Source: Trichormus sp. ATA11-4-KO1 (GTDB lineage: Bacteria > Cyanobacteriota > Cyanobacteriia > Cyanobacteriales > Nostocaceae). Taken from it: a stretch of DNA of 64,000 nucleotides. The notes beneath the pieces were generated by a model. That model searched no databases and was not told where the DNA came from. It saw only the letters and a program-made list of their open reading frames with translations. This document shows, in pieces, positions 1 to 10,513 of this stretch. Each line of letters opens with the position of its first letter. Positions within the stretch are counted from its first letter, which is position 1. The DNA lies in assembly GCA_019358915.1 (NCBI GenBank), contig JAHHIM010000073.1, positions 96,001-160,000 on the forward strand. Reading direction: 5' to 3'. A program made the position numbers and the translations under genes.

Positions 1-297
1 GAACACCCAACTCAGGGAAAAGTCAGCGTGATCACTGAACAAGGTAAACGTTACCTGGAGTTTGATCAAAATTTCAAAACTGATAAAGGCCCTGATTTAT
101 TTGTAATTTTGCATCGTTCGGATGCACCGCCAGTTTCTGGTATTAAAGAAACAGATTATGTGAACGTTGCTCCTCTACAAAAGGTGAGTGGTAGTCAACG
201 TTATGCTTTACCTGATAATGTGAATTTAGCAGACTTCAAGTCTGTGGCTATATGGTGTCGCCAATTTAATGCTACTTTTGGATATGCCGTTTTATAA
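1..297 (+). CDS. DM13 domain protein, 5'-truncated by window edge
   Basis: Frame open from base 1 (EHPTQGKVSV...); FKTDKGPDLFVIL and SVAIWCRQFNATFGYA match the DM13 pattern. Confidence 0.85.
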   Translation, partial: EHPTQGKVSVITEQGKRYLEFDQNFKTDKGPDLFVILHRSDAPPVSGIKETDYVNVAPLQKVSGSQRYALPDNVNLADFKSVAIWCRQFNATFGYAVL

Positions 298-308
298 AAG
301 GAAACAGT

Positions 309-344
309 AAAAAGCAAAAGAAAAATTTTGCTCTTTTGCTTTTT
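309..344. terminator. Inverted repeat, probable intrinsic terminator
   Basis: AAAAAGCAAAAGA ... TCTTTTGCTTTTT just after the DM13 stop. Confidence 0.5.
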
Positions 345-372
345 CAACTATGCATAGTTTGGTGAACATTAT

Positions 373-1092
373 ATGGAAACAGTAGATTTTTTAGGACTTA
401 TACATCCAGCGATCGCAGTTATTTTTGTCTTTCCTCTAATTGGGATTGTTGTTAACTTCGCCTGGCAAACACGCCAACGTCGGTTACAAACTTTAGCTGG
501 CAATAAAAGCAAAGTTCCACCTGTAGTTGGTAAAGAACATAAGCAATTTGGCGACTGGTTGACAAGTGCAGTTGTGGGATTATCTTTAATAGGTTTAGCC
601 TACCCAATTGGTAAAAATATTCTCAAAAATAAATTATGGATTCAGGAACCTTTCCAATTGGGATTTATCTTGTTAATGTTTATTTTAACTATTGCTTCCT
701 TAGTATTACTTTACCGGGCAAGGCAACGTTTGTGGCGAGCAGTTTTTGCTACCTTAACTGGTGCAGGTTTAGTGATTCTTGGTTGCCAGAATGGAGTATT
801 TCGCCGGACGAATGAGTGGTATTGGTCACATTACTATATTGGGATTACTGCATCATTGCTGATGATTTTTTCAGTAGCAATTGTGCAAGATATTTATCAA
901 GATAAATCTCATCGCTGGCGCATAATTCATACAATATTAAATTGTGTGGCGCTATTATTATTTATTGGTCAAGGACTGACAGGGACGAGGGATTTACTAG
1001 AAATTCCTCTGAGTTGGCAAGCACCCTATGTGTATCAATGTGATTTCGTTAATAAAACTTGTCCGACACCAAATCAACAAGCACCACAGTGA
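373..1092 (+). CDS. DUF4079-like integral membrane protein
   Basis: About 6 hydrophobic helices, conserved His residues, C-terminal GQGLTGTRDLLEIP. Confidence 0.75.
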   Translation: METVDFLGLIHPAIAVIFVFPLIGIVVNFAWQTRQRRLQTLAGNKSKVPPVVGKEHKQFGDWLTSAVVGLSLIGLAYPIGKNILKNKLWIQEPFQLGFILLMFILTIASLVLLYRARQRLWRAVFATLTGAGLVILGCQNGVFRRTNEWYWSHYYIGITASLLMIFSVAIVQDIYQDKSHRWRIIHTILNCVALLLFIGQGLTGTRDLLEIPLSWQAPYVYQCDFVNKTCPTPNQQAPQ

Positions 1093-2519
1093 AGCAAATT
1101 AACAAAATTTGGCCGAGAATTGACCCTTGTTCATTGCAGGTACGCCTAACAGTTGGTATTGCTGCGGTTTCAGCCTTGGGATTAGGTAGCTTAGCTATGT
1201 GGACAAGCTGGAAAATGAAGGAATTATTAATTAATAGTCATAAATATAATATTGAAAGAATTGCCAAACGCCTACCACATGATGTGCAACTTTATAGTGA
1301 AATGATGTCATCAGAAACTGGGTTGAAAAAGGCAATTGATAACTTAACAACTACTAATACATTTTTGTGGATCAAAAGTCCTGAGAATAAAATCATAGCG
1401 AAATCCGGCAATTGGCCTCAGCTATCTCATGAAACCGCAACTGAGTTAATGTCCCTCACCGAGATGTCAATTAAACCGCAAGTTGATCAAGTTGATCAAC
1501 GCTACTTTGTTGTGTGCGGTGCTTCATTAGCAGTAGAGGGTAAAAAGTTAGGAAGTTTGTTCGTAGTCCAGGATGTTACCCGCGAACAAACAATGTTTTT
1601 AGTAATTGTGCGAAGTTTGGGAATTGGCAGTGTTTTTGTGATTACGGCAATTTCTGCTGCGATCGCATTTTATATTCAGCGTTCTCTGCAACCTCTGCGT
1701 CAGTTAAGTCAAATGACAGAAGTCATTTCCATTAAGGATTTAGGACAAGCGCAACTTTATCTAGATCATGCACCTAGCGAAGTTAAAGAATTAGCCCAGA
1801 CTTGCAACATGATGTTATCTCGTCTCTCCCAATCTTGGGAACAAGAGCAACAATTTGTGAGTAATGTTTCTCACGAGTTACGCACACCGCTAACAATAGT
1901 ACAAGGGTATTTGCAAAGTGTATTACGTCGGCAAAATAACTTAACTCCCACCCAACAAGAAGCTTTAGAAACTGCGGCGACGGAAGCAGAACATACCATC
2001 CGTCTTTTACAAGACTTACTTGATTTAGCTAGAGCAGATAGTGGTTATTTGCATTTTCGTCGGGAACCCTGTGTACTCAACGACTTAGTTACAGAAATTG
2101 TGGGGATGGCAGAAAAATATAGCGATCGCCAAATTATCATTGAGTCTACAAATCAGCCTATCGAAGTAAAAGTTGACTCGGCTCGTCTCAAACAAGTATT
2201 ATTGAATTTAATTGATAATGCTGTTAAATACTCTGAAGCTAACACACCCGTAATTATCAAGTTATCTCAGCAAAAAGAAGAAGCAATTATTCAAGTTTGT
2301 GACCAAGGTTATGGCATACCTTTACAACACCAATCGCGGATTTTTGAACGATTTTACCGCGTAGATGAAGCTCGTACCCGTTCTACCGGCGGCTGTGGTT
2401 TGGGTTTATCAATTGTCAAGACACTTGTAGAAGGTATGGGTGGTAGTGTGACGGTGCGATCGCGCTTGGGTGAAGGGAGTATTTTTATGATAGTTTTACC
2501 CGCCTACCAATTACTATAA
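1089..2519 (+). CDS. Membrane HAMP sensor histidine kinase (possibly ManS/Hik27-like)
   Basis: Two TM segments, HAMP, H-box SHELRTPLT, N-box NLIDNAVKY, GCGLGL; GTG at 1089 overlaps upstream TGA (GTGA) and is a likelier start than the track's 1059. Confidence 0.85.
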   Translation: MKQINKIWPRIDPCSLQVRLTVGIAAVSALGLGSLAMWTSWKMKELLINSHKYNIERIAKRLPHDVQLYSEMMSSETGLKKAIDNLTTTNTFLWIKSPENKIIAKSGNWPQLSHETATELMSLTEMSIKPQVDQVDQRYFVVCGASLAVEGKKLGSLFVVQDVTREQTMFLVIVRSLGIGSVFVITAISAAIAFYIQRSLQPLRQLSQMTEVISIKDLGQAQLYLDHAPSEVKELAQTCNMMLSRLSQSWEQEQQFVSNVSHELRTPLTIVQGYLQSVLRRQNNLTPTQQEALETAATEAEHTIRLLQDLLDLARADSGYLHFRREPCVLNDLVTEIVGMAEKYSDRQIIIESTNQPIEVKVDSARLKQVLLNLIDNAVKYSEANTPVIIKLSQQKEEAIIQVCDQGYGIPLQHQSRIFERFYRVDEARTRSTGGCGLGLSIVKTLVEGMGGSVTVRSRLGEGSIFMIVLPAYQLL

Positions 2520-2522
2520 TGA

Positions 2523-3689
2523 TTAAATATAATGCAATGGCAGTGTCACTATCACAGTTGTACCCATATTCTGCTGGCTTTCTATTTTAATCTCTCCTCC
2601 ATGTATATCTACACACTGTTTAACAATAGCGAGTCCTAGCCCTGTTCCTTGAACTCGATGCACATTACTGGCACGATAGAAAGTTTGAAATAAATTAGGT
2701 TGGTCTTTAATAGGAATTCCCCTTCCTTGGTCTTTTACCCAGAAAGTTGCAATACCATTCTTACAAATCAAATCAAATTGAATATTGCTTTGTTCAGGCG
2801 AATACTTGATAGCATTGGAGAGTAAATTGGTAAAAATACAATTTAGTAAGTCCTCATCCATGTATGCTGGGGAGCATTCACCTTCATAAGTAAAGGTAAT
2901 GATATGCTGATTACCTGCACCAAATTGAAAAATTTCTGTGAGTTCGCTACAAAAGTTTGCTAAATGCAAAGGTGCAGGTTTATATTCTAGTTTTGCTGCT
3001 TCAGTTTTACTTAAAAATAATATCTCGTCTAATAGCTGAAGCATCTGTTTAATAGCATTTTGCACCCGATCAAAGTATTTAGTTCTTTGCTCGTCAGTAA
3101 GTTTATCGTTGTTGTATTCGATAATTTCTAAAGCCGTGCGAATCGTGGTCATGGGGTTGCGAAACTCGTGGGAAACCATGGCGACAAAGTTAGACTTTAG
3201 CTCGTTGAGTTCTTGTTCTTTTAACAAAGCTTGACGACTACGTTCTTCACTTTCTCGTAGCTTGTTGAGTATTTCTTCCCTCTCCAGAGCATAGCGAACA
3301 GCACGCATTAATAGTTGTATGGTAATTTGATCTTTGACAAGATAGTCCTGTGCGCCTTCTGCCAACGCTTGCAGTGCCAATTCTTCATCATCAAGTCCTG
3401 TTAGTACTACGACTGGGACATTTGGGACTGCGGCTCGATATTCTTTGAGTGTCTCTAGTCCAGTGGAGTCTGGAAGGCTAAGGTCTAACAAGACTACATC
3501 AAATCTGCGTTGCTGGAAATTTCCAATTTGAGAATCACCAGACCTTAAATTTTCTTGACTAGCACTTATAGCTTCATGCAAGCGTTCAACATGTGTCATC
3601 CGCCAATTTTCTTGATCTGTACGCAAAAATATTTGACGTAGCAGCCTGGCATCGGTAGGGCTATCTTCTACTAATAGAATGTGAATCAT
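2523..3689 (-). CDS. Hybrid receiver-histidine kinase
   Basis: N-terminal receiver (LLVED, LLDLSLP, YLVK), SHEFRNP H-box, GTGLGL. Confidence 0.9.
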   Translation of the reverse strand: MIHILLVEDSPTDARLLRQIFLRTDQENWRMTHVERLHEAISASQENLRSGDSQIGNFQQRRFDVVLLDLSLPDSTGLETLKEYRAAVPNVPVVVLTGLDDEELALQALAEGAQDYLVKDQITIQLLMRAVRYALEREEILNKLRESEERSRQALLKEQELNELKSNFVAMVSHEFRNPMTTIRTALEIIEYNNDKLTDEQRTKYFDRVQNAIKQMLQLLDEILFLSKTEAAKLEYKPAPLHLANFCSELTEIFQFGAGNQHIITFTYEGECSPAYMDEDLLNCIFTNLLSNAIKYSPEQSNIQFDLICKNGIATFWVKDQGRGIPIKDQPNLFQTFYRASNVHRVQGTGLGLAIVKQCVDIHGGEIKIESQQNMGTTVIVTLPLHYI

Positions 3690-3783
3690 TATCTCTTTTA
3701 CACAATATAGTTGTATAAATTAACCTAATAATTACCGAATTTACCGTATGTCAGAAGGCAGGGAATATTTTAAATTTGTACTC

Positions 3784-4233
3784 TTAAAATTCTCTGGGTA
3801 GTGCTACTGCTGCCAGCCAAAAATCTTTGATTAAGTGTACAACCTGAATAAATTGGTAAACATCTAGAGGTTTTGTGACATAGCAATTAGCACTAAGATT
3901 ATAAGAACGTAGTATGTCATGCTCATCAGCTGAAGTAGTAAGTACAACAACAGGAATCAGCTTGAGATTGGGGTCTGATTTGATTTCTGTTAGCACTTCA
4001 CGCCCATCCATTCCTGGAAGATTCAGGTCAAGCAAGATTAAGTCTGGACGAGGGGCATCAGTAAACTCTTCTTGCTGTCGCAAGTAGTTCATGGCAGTTT
4101 CACCATCTTCCACCCAGTGCAGGTTATTGGCAATTTTAGCGTTCACAAAGCCTTTGATGGTCAGATTAGCATCGCTAGGAGAGTCTTCCACTAGCAAAAT
4201 TTCAATATGACGGAATGCCTGATTGTTGACCAT
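3784..4233 (-). CDS. Single-domain response regulator, Rcp1-like
   Basis: [34 protein letters not shown] tail typical of the Rcp1 class. Confidence 0.9.
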   Translation of the reverse strand: MVNNQAFRHIEILLVEDSPSDANLTIKGFVNAKIANNLHWVEDGETAMNYLRQQEEFTDAPRPDLILLDLNLPGMDGREVLTEIKSDPNLKLIPVVVLTTSADEHDILRSYNLSANCYVTKPLDVYQFIQVVHLIKDFWLAAVALPREF

Positions 4234-4289
4234 GCAGTTATTAAAGTGTTGTTAGGCATTTAATATAATGTATACCTTAATAAGTTAAC

Positions 4290-6491
4290 CTAATTCTCTT
4301 TCAGGGTCATGTAAAAAATTGTTCCTACCCCTGGCTGGGATTCTGCCCAGATTTGGCCACCATGACGTTCGACAATTTTTTTGCAGATAGCTAGGCCAAT
4401 ACCTGTTCCGGAAAATTCCCGTCGCGTATGCAGTCGCCGGAAAACCTCAAAAATCCGCTCAAGGTACTGGGGTTTTATACCAATGCCATTATCTTGTACT
4501 GAAAATAGCCATTCGTTATGAATAGGGAGCGGGGACTGGGAATTAGGAAATTTTCCCTCATCTCCCTGGTCTCTTTTAACTGCACCGATGTGAATTCGTG
4601 GTGGTTCTTGTTTGCGAAACTTGATAGCGTTGCCGATGAGATTTTGGAATAACTGCACTAATTGGGTTTTATCTGCGAGTAACTTCGGCAAAGGATCATG
4701 AGTGATTATGGCATTGCTTTGTGCGATCGCCATGTGTAAATTACTGAGAGCTAGATTGAGTACAGCATGACAATCAATTAAGGCAAATTCTTGACCACGA
4801 GTGGCCACACGGGAATAAGCCAGCAAGTCTTGAATTAATTGCTGCATCCGCTTTGCTCCATCGACAATGTAACCAAAGTACTCCTGAGCAGACTCATCAA
4901 ACAGTTCTTGATATTCCTGCCCTAATAGTTGGCTATAACCTGTCACAGCTCGTAATGGTTCTTGCAAATCATGGGAAGCCACATAAGCAAATTGCTCTAA
5001 TTCTTGGTTTGAGCGTTTTAGCTCTTCATTGAGTTTTTGTAATTCCGATGTTCGTTCTTGAACCTTAATTTCTAATTCTGCCTTAGCTTGTTTTAGTACT
5101 GCTTCGGCAAGTTTGCGGTCTGTAATATCAGTATGAGTACCTACCCACTCTATAACTTCATTGTTGGCATCCAAAACGGGAACGGCACGCGCGGCAAAAA
5201 ATCGATAGCCGCCATCAGCAACCCGGACACGATTTTCCATTTTGTAAATACTTTTGGTTTCTAGCGCCTGATTCCACAATAACTTGGTCAACTCCCGATC
5301 TTCGGGATGTATCGCATTCAGCCGCCCCCAGCCCTTGACTTCTGACTCACTTTGTCCGGTTAAAGCTCTCCAAGATGGAATATCTTCTACCACATTACCG
5401 TGAGGATCAGTGATCAAGACGGCTTGAGATGTCGCCAGCACTAATGAGCGATAGCGTCTTTCATTCTTTTCTAGGGAAATTTCTGCTTGTTTGCGGCGAG
5501 TGATATCTTGAAAGAAAATTGATAGTCCTTCTGGGGATGGGTAGATGCGATTTTCCAACCAGCGCTCCCAAGGTGGATAATATTCTTCCATCTGAATTAC
5601 TCGCTGTTCTGCCACAGCCTGATAATAGTTGTGATAAAACTTTTGTCCCACACCTTCGGGAAATTCTTCCCAGATATTTTTGCCAATCAAATCTGCGGGG
5701 TGGCGGTTCAAAATTTGTCCTGCCCTCTGATTAACGTAGGTGTAACACCAATTGCCATCAAGGGCAACAAAGGCATCTGTGACACTTTCTAAAATATTTG
5801 CTAGATTCGCTTTTGCTGCTTGTTGTTCCAGATGAATAGCCTCTTTAGATAAAGTTTGATTAATCTGAATTTGCTTTTGTAGTAGTGAATAAACAACTAC
5901 TAGCAGCATGACGCTCAAACCATATCCTAGACTTACCACAAGGATAATTTCATGAATCAGAGTATCTGTAACTCTTGTTAGTTGTTGCAATAAAGTAGTT
6001 TCTTCATTTTGAATTTCTTGGCTGATTGTTTGCAATTTTTGGCAGAGATCGAAGCCTTGTTTAGTAAGAGCTAGTTTAGTTGCTGTGTCTAAATTATTTT
6101 GCTCGAATAGGCTAATTGACTGTGCAAGTAAAACAAACTTCTGAGCAATTAAGGGTTCCAGTTGCTCAAGTCGGTTTTGTTGTCTGAGGTTATCTTTAGT
6201 TAACTGCTGTATACGTTGCAGTTTTTGATACACATTCTGTTTCTCATCTTGATAAATTTCTCGGTAAACTGTATTTCCTGTAAGAATGTAACTACTTCGT
6301 CCACTTTCGGCATTGCTAAAACTAGCTCTCATATTATCTAGGGCTTCTATAACTTGATAAGTATGAATTACCCATTGTTTCTCCCTATTCAATCTTTGGA
6401 TGCTCACATAGGAAGCTACACCGACACCACACAGTAGCACTAGTGCCAAGCTAAAACCGCCTGCAACAAATTTTCCTGACAGTTTGTTCAT
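4290..6491 (-). CDS. CHASE3-PAS-PAS sensor histidine kinase
   Basis: TM, WVIHTYQV...AESGRSSYILTG (CHASE3), two PAS folds, ASHDLQEPLR H-box, NLIGNAIKF. Confidence 0.9.
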   Translation of the reverse strand: MNKLSGKFVAGGFSLALVLLCGVGVASYVSIQRLNREKQWVIHTYQVIEALDNMRASFSNAESGRSSYILTGNTVYREIYQDEKQNVYQKLQRIQQLTKDNLRQQNRLEQLEPLIAQKFVLLAQSISLFEQNNLDTATKLALTKQGFDLCQKLQTISQEIQNEETTLLQQLTRVTDTLIHEIILVVSLGYGLSVMLLVVVYSLLQKQIQINQTLSKEAIHLEQQAAKANLANILESVTDAFVALDGNWCYTYVNQRAGQILNRHPADLIGKNIWEEFPEGVGQKFYHNYYQAVAEQRVIQMEEYYPPWERWLENRIYPSPEGLSIFFQDITRRKQAEISLEKNERRYRSLVLATSQAVLITDPHGNVVEDIPSWRALTGQSESEVKGWGRLNAIHPEDRELTKLLWNQALETKSIYKMENRVRVADGGYRFFAARAVPVLDANNEVIEWVGTHTDITDRKLAEAVLKQAKAELEIKVQERTSELQKLNEELKRSNQELEQFAYVASHDLQEPLRAVTGYSQLLGQEYQELFDESAQEYFGYIVDGAKRMQQLIQDLLAYSRVATRGQEFALIDCHAVLNLALSNLHMAIAQSNAIITHDPLPKLLADKTQLVQLFQNLIGNAIKFRKQEPPRIHIGAVKRDQGDEGKFPNSQSPLPIHNEWLFSVQDNGIGIKPQYLERIFEVFRRLHTRREFSGTGIGLAICKKIVERHGGQIWAESQPGVGTIFYMTLKEN

Positions 6492-6903
6492 GGAATACTC
6501 GCAGAATTGCAGCTATTAACCGAATTAGATTTGATACTAATGGCAAGCTGCTATTTACCTATGAATAAAATCATACAACCAGTTGGTAACCTGCTACTTG
6601 ATGCTATATCAAATCTTGCGCCTAACCCATTTCCCACCAAGAAATTTAAGCCATCTAGGAGGTTTAAGTAAGTCTGTGGGAATAAATCAAACTATGTTCA
6701 GCAATGTAAAATCATTGAAATTGAGTTTTTAGTCAGCTTACAATCCGGCTGTGACTGGATACAAGATTATTTACAAGAAAGCAGAGAGGCAGAGGGGCGG
6801 AGGAGAAAAAAACTTATATATATTTTAGGTAACTCCAAAAATTAAATTACTACTATCCTGCTTCCCTGCTCCCCTGCCTCTGCTTAACCAATCAATAGAT
6901 AAA

Positions 6904-9900
6904 ATGCCTAATTTAATTTTAAAAGATGACCCATTATGGTTTAAAAATGCGATTATTTACGAAGTCCCTGTGCGCGCATTTGCTGACAGTAATGGTGATG
7001 GTATTGGTGACTTTCCAGGACTAACAGAAAAGCTTGATTATCTACAAGATTTAGGTATAACCGCCATTTGGTTACTACCATTTTTTCCCTCGCCACTGAA
7101 AGATGATGGTTATGATATTGCTGATTACACCAGTATTAACCCTATTTATGGCACATTAGCAGATTTTCAACAGCTATTAATAGCCGCCCATCAACGCGGT
7201 ATCCGGGTAATTATTGAGTTAATTATTAACCATACATCTGACCAACATCCTTGGTTTCAACGCGCACGTCGCGCCCCAAAGGGTAGTCCAGAACGAGATT
7301 TTTATGTGTGGAGTGATACGCCAGAAAAATACCAAGAAGCGCGAATTATTTTCCAAGATTTTGAAACCTCTAATTGGGCTTGGGATTCACTTACTAAAGC
7401 TTACTACTGGCATCGTTTCTACTCCCATCAGCCTGATTTAAATTATGATAATCCCTTGGTGAGAAAGGCAGTATTCGATGTTCTAGATTTTTGGTTAGAA
7501 ATGGGTGTAGATGGACTACGCATGGATGCAGTGCCTTATTTATATGAACGAGAGGGAACAAACTGCGAAAATCTCCCAGAAACCCATACTTTCTTGAAAG
7601 AATTGCGATCGCACATTGACGCGAAATTTTCCCACCGGATGCTACTTGCTGAGGCGAATCAATGGCCTGAGGATGCAGCGCAATATTACGGGTCTGGGGA
7701 TGAATGCCACATGAATTTTCATTTTCCCCTAATGCCGCGCCTATTTATCGCCCTGCGGATGGAAGATAACTTCCCCATTGTGGATATTCTCCAGCAAACA
7801 CCACACATTCCTGATAACTGTCAGTGGGCGTTATTTCTGCGTAATCATGATGAACTGACTTTAGAAATGGTCACAGATGAAGACCGGGATTTTATGTATC
7901 AGGTGTATGCCCAAGACCCCGTAATGCGGCTGAATTTAGGTATCCGCCGCCGATTAGCACCTTTGTTAGGTAATGATCGCCGTCAAATTGAGTTACTTCA
8001 TAGTTTGTTGTTGTCTTTGCCAGGCACACCCGTACTTTATTATGGTGATGAAATTGGCATGGGAGATAATGTTTATTTAGGCGATCGCAATGGTGTACGT
8101 ACTCCCATGCAATGGAGTTCTGATCGTAATGCTGGTTTTAGTCGCACCAATCCCCACCGCTTACATTTACCCGTGATCATTGACTCGGAATATCACTATG
8201 AAGCCGTCAATGTCGAAGCACAACGGGCAAACCCCAATTCTCTTTGGTATTGGATGAAACGTTTGATTGCTACTCGTAAACGTTTTCAGGCCATGGGTAA
8301 AGGGCATTTTGAGTTGTTACACCCGAATAACCGTAAGGTTTTTGCTTTTATTCATAGCAATTCGGCAGAACATATCTTAGTAGTGGCGAATTTATCCCAC
8401 TATGTGCAAACGGTGGAATTAGATTTATCTGATTTTCATGGACTAGTGCCAGTAGAAATTTTTGGTTACACTGAGTTTCCCGCCATTGTAGAGTTGCCTT
8501 ATTTCCTCAGTTTGAGTCCCTACGGATTTTACTGGTTTACCCTACAACGTAAACCCAGCTTGACTCAACCTCCTAAACCTCAAGCAGAGTTACCCACACT
8601 AGTTGTCACTGGCGAGTGGCAAAATGTGATTTTTCAACGCCAATTCAAAGGTATTCTGGAATCAACACTGCGAGATTATTTGTATACCTGTAAGTGGTTT
8701 GGTGGTAAAACGCAGACTGTACAATCACTGCAAATTATTGAGGCGATTTCCCTACCCTATAATCACCAGTTAGCCCAGATGATTTGGTTGCAGGTAGATT
8801 ACATAGAAGGAAATAACGAAACTTATTTATTACCTTTAGCCTATGCCGCAGGTGAGCAAGCAATGCATTTGTTGGCAGAAATGCCCCAAGCTGTGATTGC
8901 CCGACTCCAGGTGCAGACCTCAGACGTGGGAATATTATTTGATGCCTTAGCAGATGAGAACTTTCTCAATTCTTTACTGAATACCATTGCCGAAAATTGC
9001 GCCTATGAGGGGACAATCGGCGAGTTATTTGCCAGTACCACTGATTTATTTTCACAGTTATACCCAGACGAAAGTGACCGCTATCCGACTGTATTTCAAG
9101 GAGAAGAACAAACCAATACTTATATAGTTTATGGCGATGCCTACGGCGGCAAGCAACGCCTGTGTTTAAAACTCTTCCGTAAATTTGAAGAAGGGATGCA
9201 CCCTGATTTGGAAATCCGGCGTTTCCTGGGGGAGAAAAAACGTCTGCAACACTTTGTTTCTGTGGCTGGGGCTTTAGAGTACCGTCGCCCCAATCGAGCC
9301 GGCTATAGCCCCGCCCTCCCGATGACTGTGGGCATATTGCAAGAGTGGATTTTAGATACCCGCAGTGGCTGGGACTATACCCTTGATAGTCTGCGTCACT
9401 ACTTTGATTTGGTGACTACAGAACAAGCAACAATTACCGAAGTGCCCATCCCATCAAATTCTCTATTAGATTTACATAGAACTGATATTCCAGATTTGGC
9501 TATCCAAACCATCAATTCCTACCTCCCAAATACGGAAATGTTGGGTAAATCTACAGCTGAACTGCATATTGCCTTGGCTACAGATACAGATAATCCCGAC
9601 TTTGCCCCAGAACCTTTTTCATCATTTTACCAACGTTCTGTATATCAAGATGCCCGCAATTTGACAGGGCGAGTATTCCGGTTGTTGAGAGAACAGTTAG
9701 CATACTTGCCACCCAACGCTCAAGAATTAGCAGTAGATGTTCTCAACAGTCAAGAGGAAATTTTGGCACGTTTTCAGTTAGTTGTGCAGCAAAAAATTAC
9801 TGCCTTACGGACTCGTTATCATGGAGACTACCATCTGGGGCAAGTGCTGTACACTGGAAAAGACTTTATCATCACTCATTTTGAGGGACAAGTAGCTCGT

Positions 9901-10281
9901 AGTTTGAGTGAACGCCGCCGTAAGCGATCGCCTCTGCGAGATGTTGCCGCTATGCTGGTATCTTTTAATTACGCTGTCACCCAAGCTCTGCGCTATGAAA
10001 TAGAAAGTGGCATGATCCGTCCAGAAACTCTGCCTCTCATGGAACAATGGGCACAGTTTTGGTATACCTGGGTTAGTGCTGCTTTTTTAAATTCTTATCT
10101 TGAAACTGCAAGCAGTGATGCGTTTTTACCATCAACCCAAGAAGAACTAAAAGTACTGCTTTTTACTTATCTTTTAGAAAAAGTGATCGAAGCTTTAGGC
10201 TATGAACTCAACCATCGCCCAGATTATGTAGAGATTCCCCTGCAATTGATTCTGCAATTACAGCAGTTTTCGTTTATCTGA
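6904..10281 (+). CDS. treS: Trehalose synthase (maltose alpha-D-glucosyltransferase) fused to a maltokinase-like domain
   Basis: GH13 motifs DSNGDGIGD, NHTSDQHPWF, RMDAVPYL, LAEANQW, RNHDELT; C-terminal HGDYHLGQVL kinase-like domain. Confidence 0.93.
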   Translation: MPNLILKDDPLWFKNAIIYEVPVRAFADSNGDGIGDFPGLTEKLDYLQDLGITAIWLLPFFPSPLKDDGYDIADYTSINPIYGTLADFQQLLIAAHQRGIRVIIELIINHTSDQHPWFQRARRAPKGSPERDFYVWSDTPEKYQEARIIFQDFETSNWAWDSLTKAYYWHRFYSHQPDLNYDNPLVRKAVFDVLDFWLEMGVDGLRMDAVPYLYEREGTNCENLPETHTFLKELRSHIDAKFSHRMLLAEANQWPEDAAQYYGSGDECHMNFHFPLMPRLFIALRMEDNFPIVDILQQTPHIPDNCQWALFLRNHDELTLEMVTDEDRDFMYQVYAQDPVMRLNLGIRRRLAPLLGNDRRQIELLHSLLLSLPGTPVLYYGDEIGMGDNVYLGDRNGVRTPMQWSSDRNAGFSRTNPHRLHLPVIIDSEYHYEAVNVEAQRANPNSLWYWMKRLIATRKRFQAMGKGHFELLHPNNRKVFAFIHSNSAEHILVVANLSHYVQTVELDLSDFHGLVPVEIFGYTEFPAIVELPYFLSLSPYGFYWFTLQRKPSLTQPPKPQAELPTLVVTGEWQNVIFQRQFKGILESTLRDYLYTCKWFGGKTQTVQSLQIIEAISLPYNHQLAQMIWLQVDYIEGNNETYLLPLAYAAGEQAMHLLAEMPQAVIARLQVQTSDVGILFDALADENFLNSLLNTIAENCAYEGTIGELFASTTDLFSQLYPDESDRYPTVFQGEEQTNTYIVYGDAYGGKQRLCLKLFRKFEEGMHPDLEIRRFLGEKKRLQHFVSVAGALEYRRPNRAGYSPALPMTVGILQEWILDTRSGWDYTLDSLRHYFDLVTTEQATITEVPIPSNSLLDLHRTDIPDLAIQTINSYLPNTEMLGKSTAELHIALATDTDNPDFAPEPFSSFYQRSVYQDARNLTGRVFRLLREQLAYLPPNAQELAVDVLNSQEEILARFQLVVQQKITALRTRYHGDYHLGQVLYTGKDFIITHFEGQVARSLSERRRKRSPLRDVAAMLVSFNYAVTQALRYEIESGMIRPETLPLMEQWAQFWYTWVSAAFLNSYLETASSDAFLPSTQEELKVLLFTYLLEKVIEALGYELNHRPDYVEIPLQLILQLQQFSFI

Positions 10282-10312
10282 ACCACAGCCAAGCCTTTGA
10301 ATAGGTATTTTT

Positions 10313-10470
10313 GGCGTTGCTGATTGAGAATATGAATTTGTTGGGCTACGCCCCGCTATGGCTGAAGCCACGCTCCGCGAACGCTAACACGCCAAGACGC
10401 AAAGACGCAAAGAAAAAGAAAGGCAATTTTGAAACGAATGCCCTCTGCCCTCTGCCTCCTGCCCTCTGCC
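10313..10470. repeat. Composite small dispersed and tandem repeats
   Basis: GACGCAAA-type octamer repeats, (CCTCTGC)n heptamers, GGGCTACGCCCCGCTA small element. Confidence 0.65.
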
Positions 10471-10513
10471 TTTCTTGTTGACATTTTATACTCTGATCAG
10501 CAACACTCAACAA

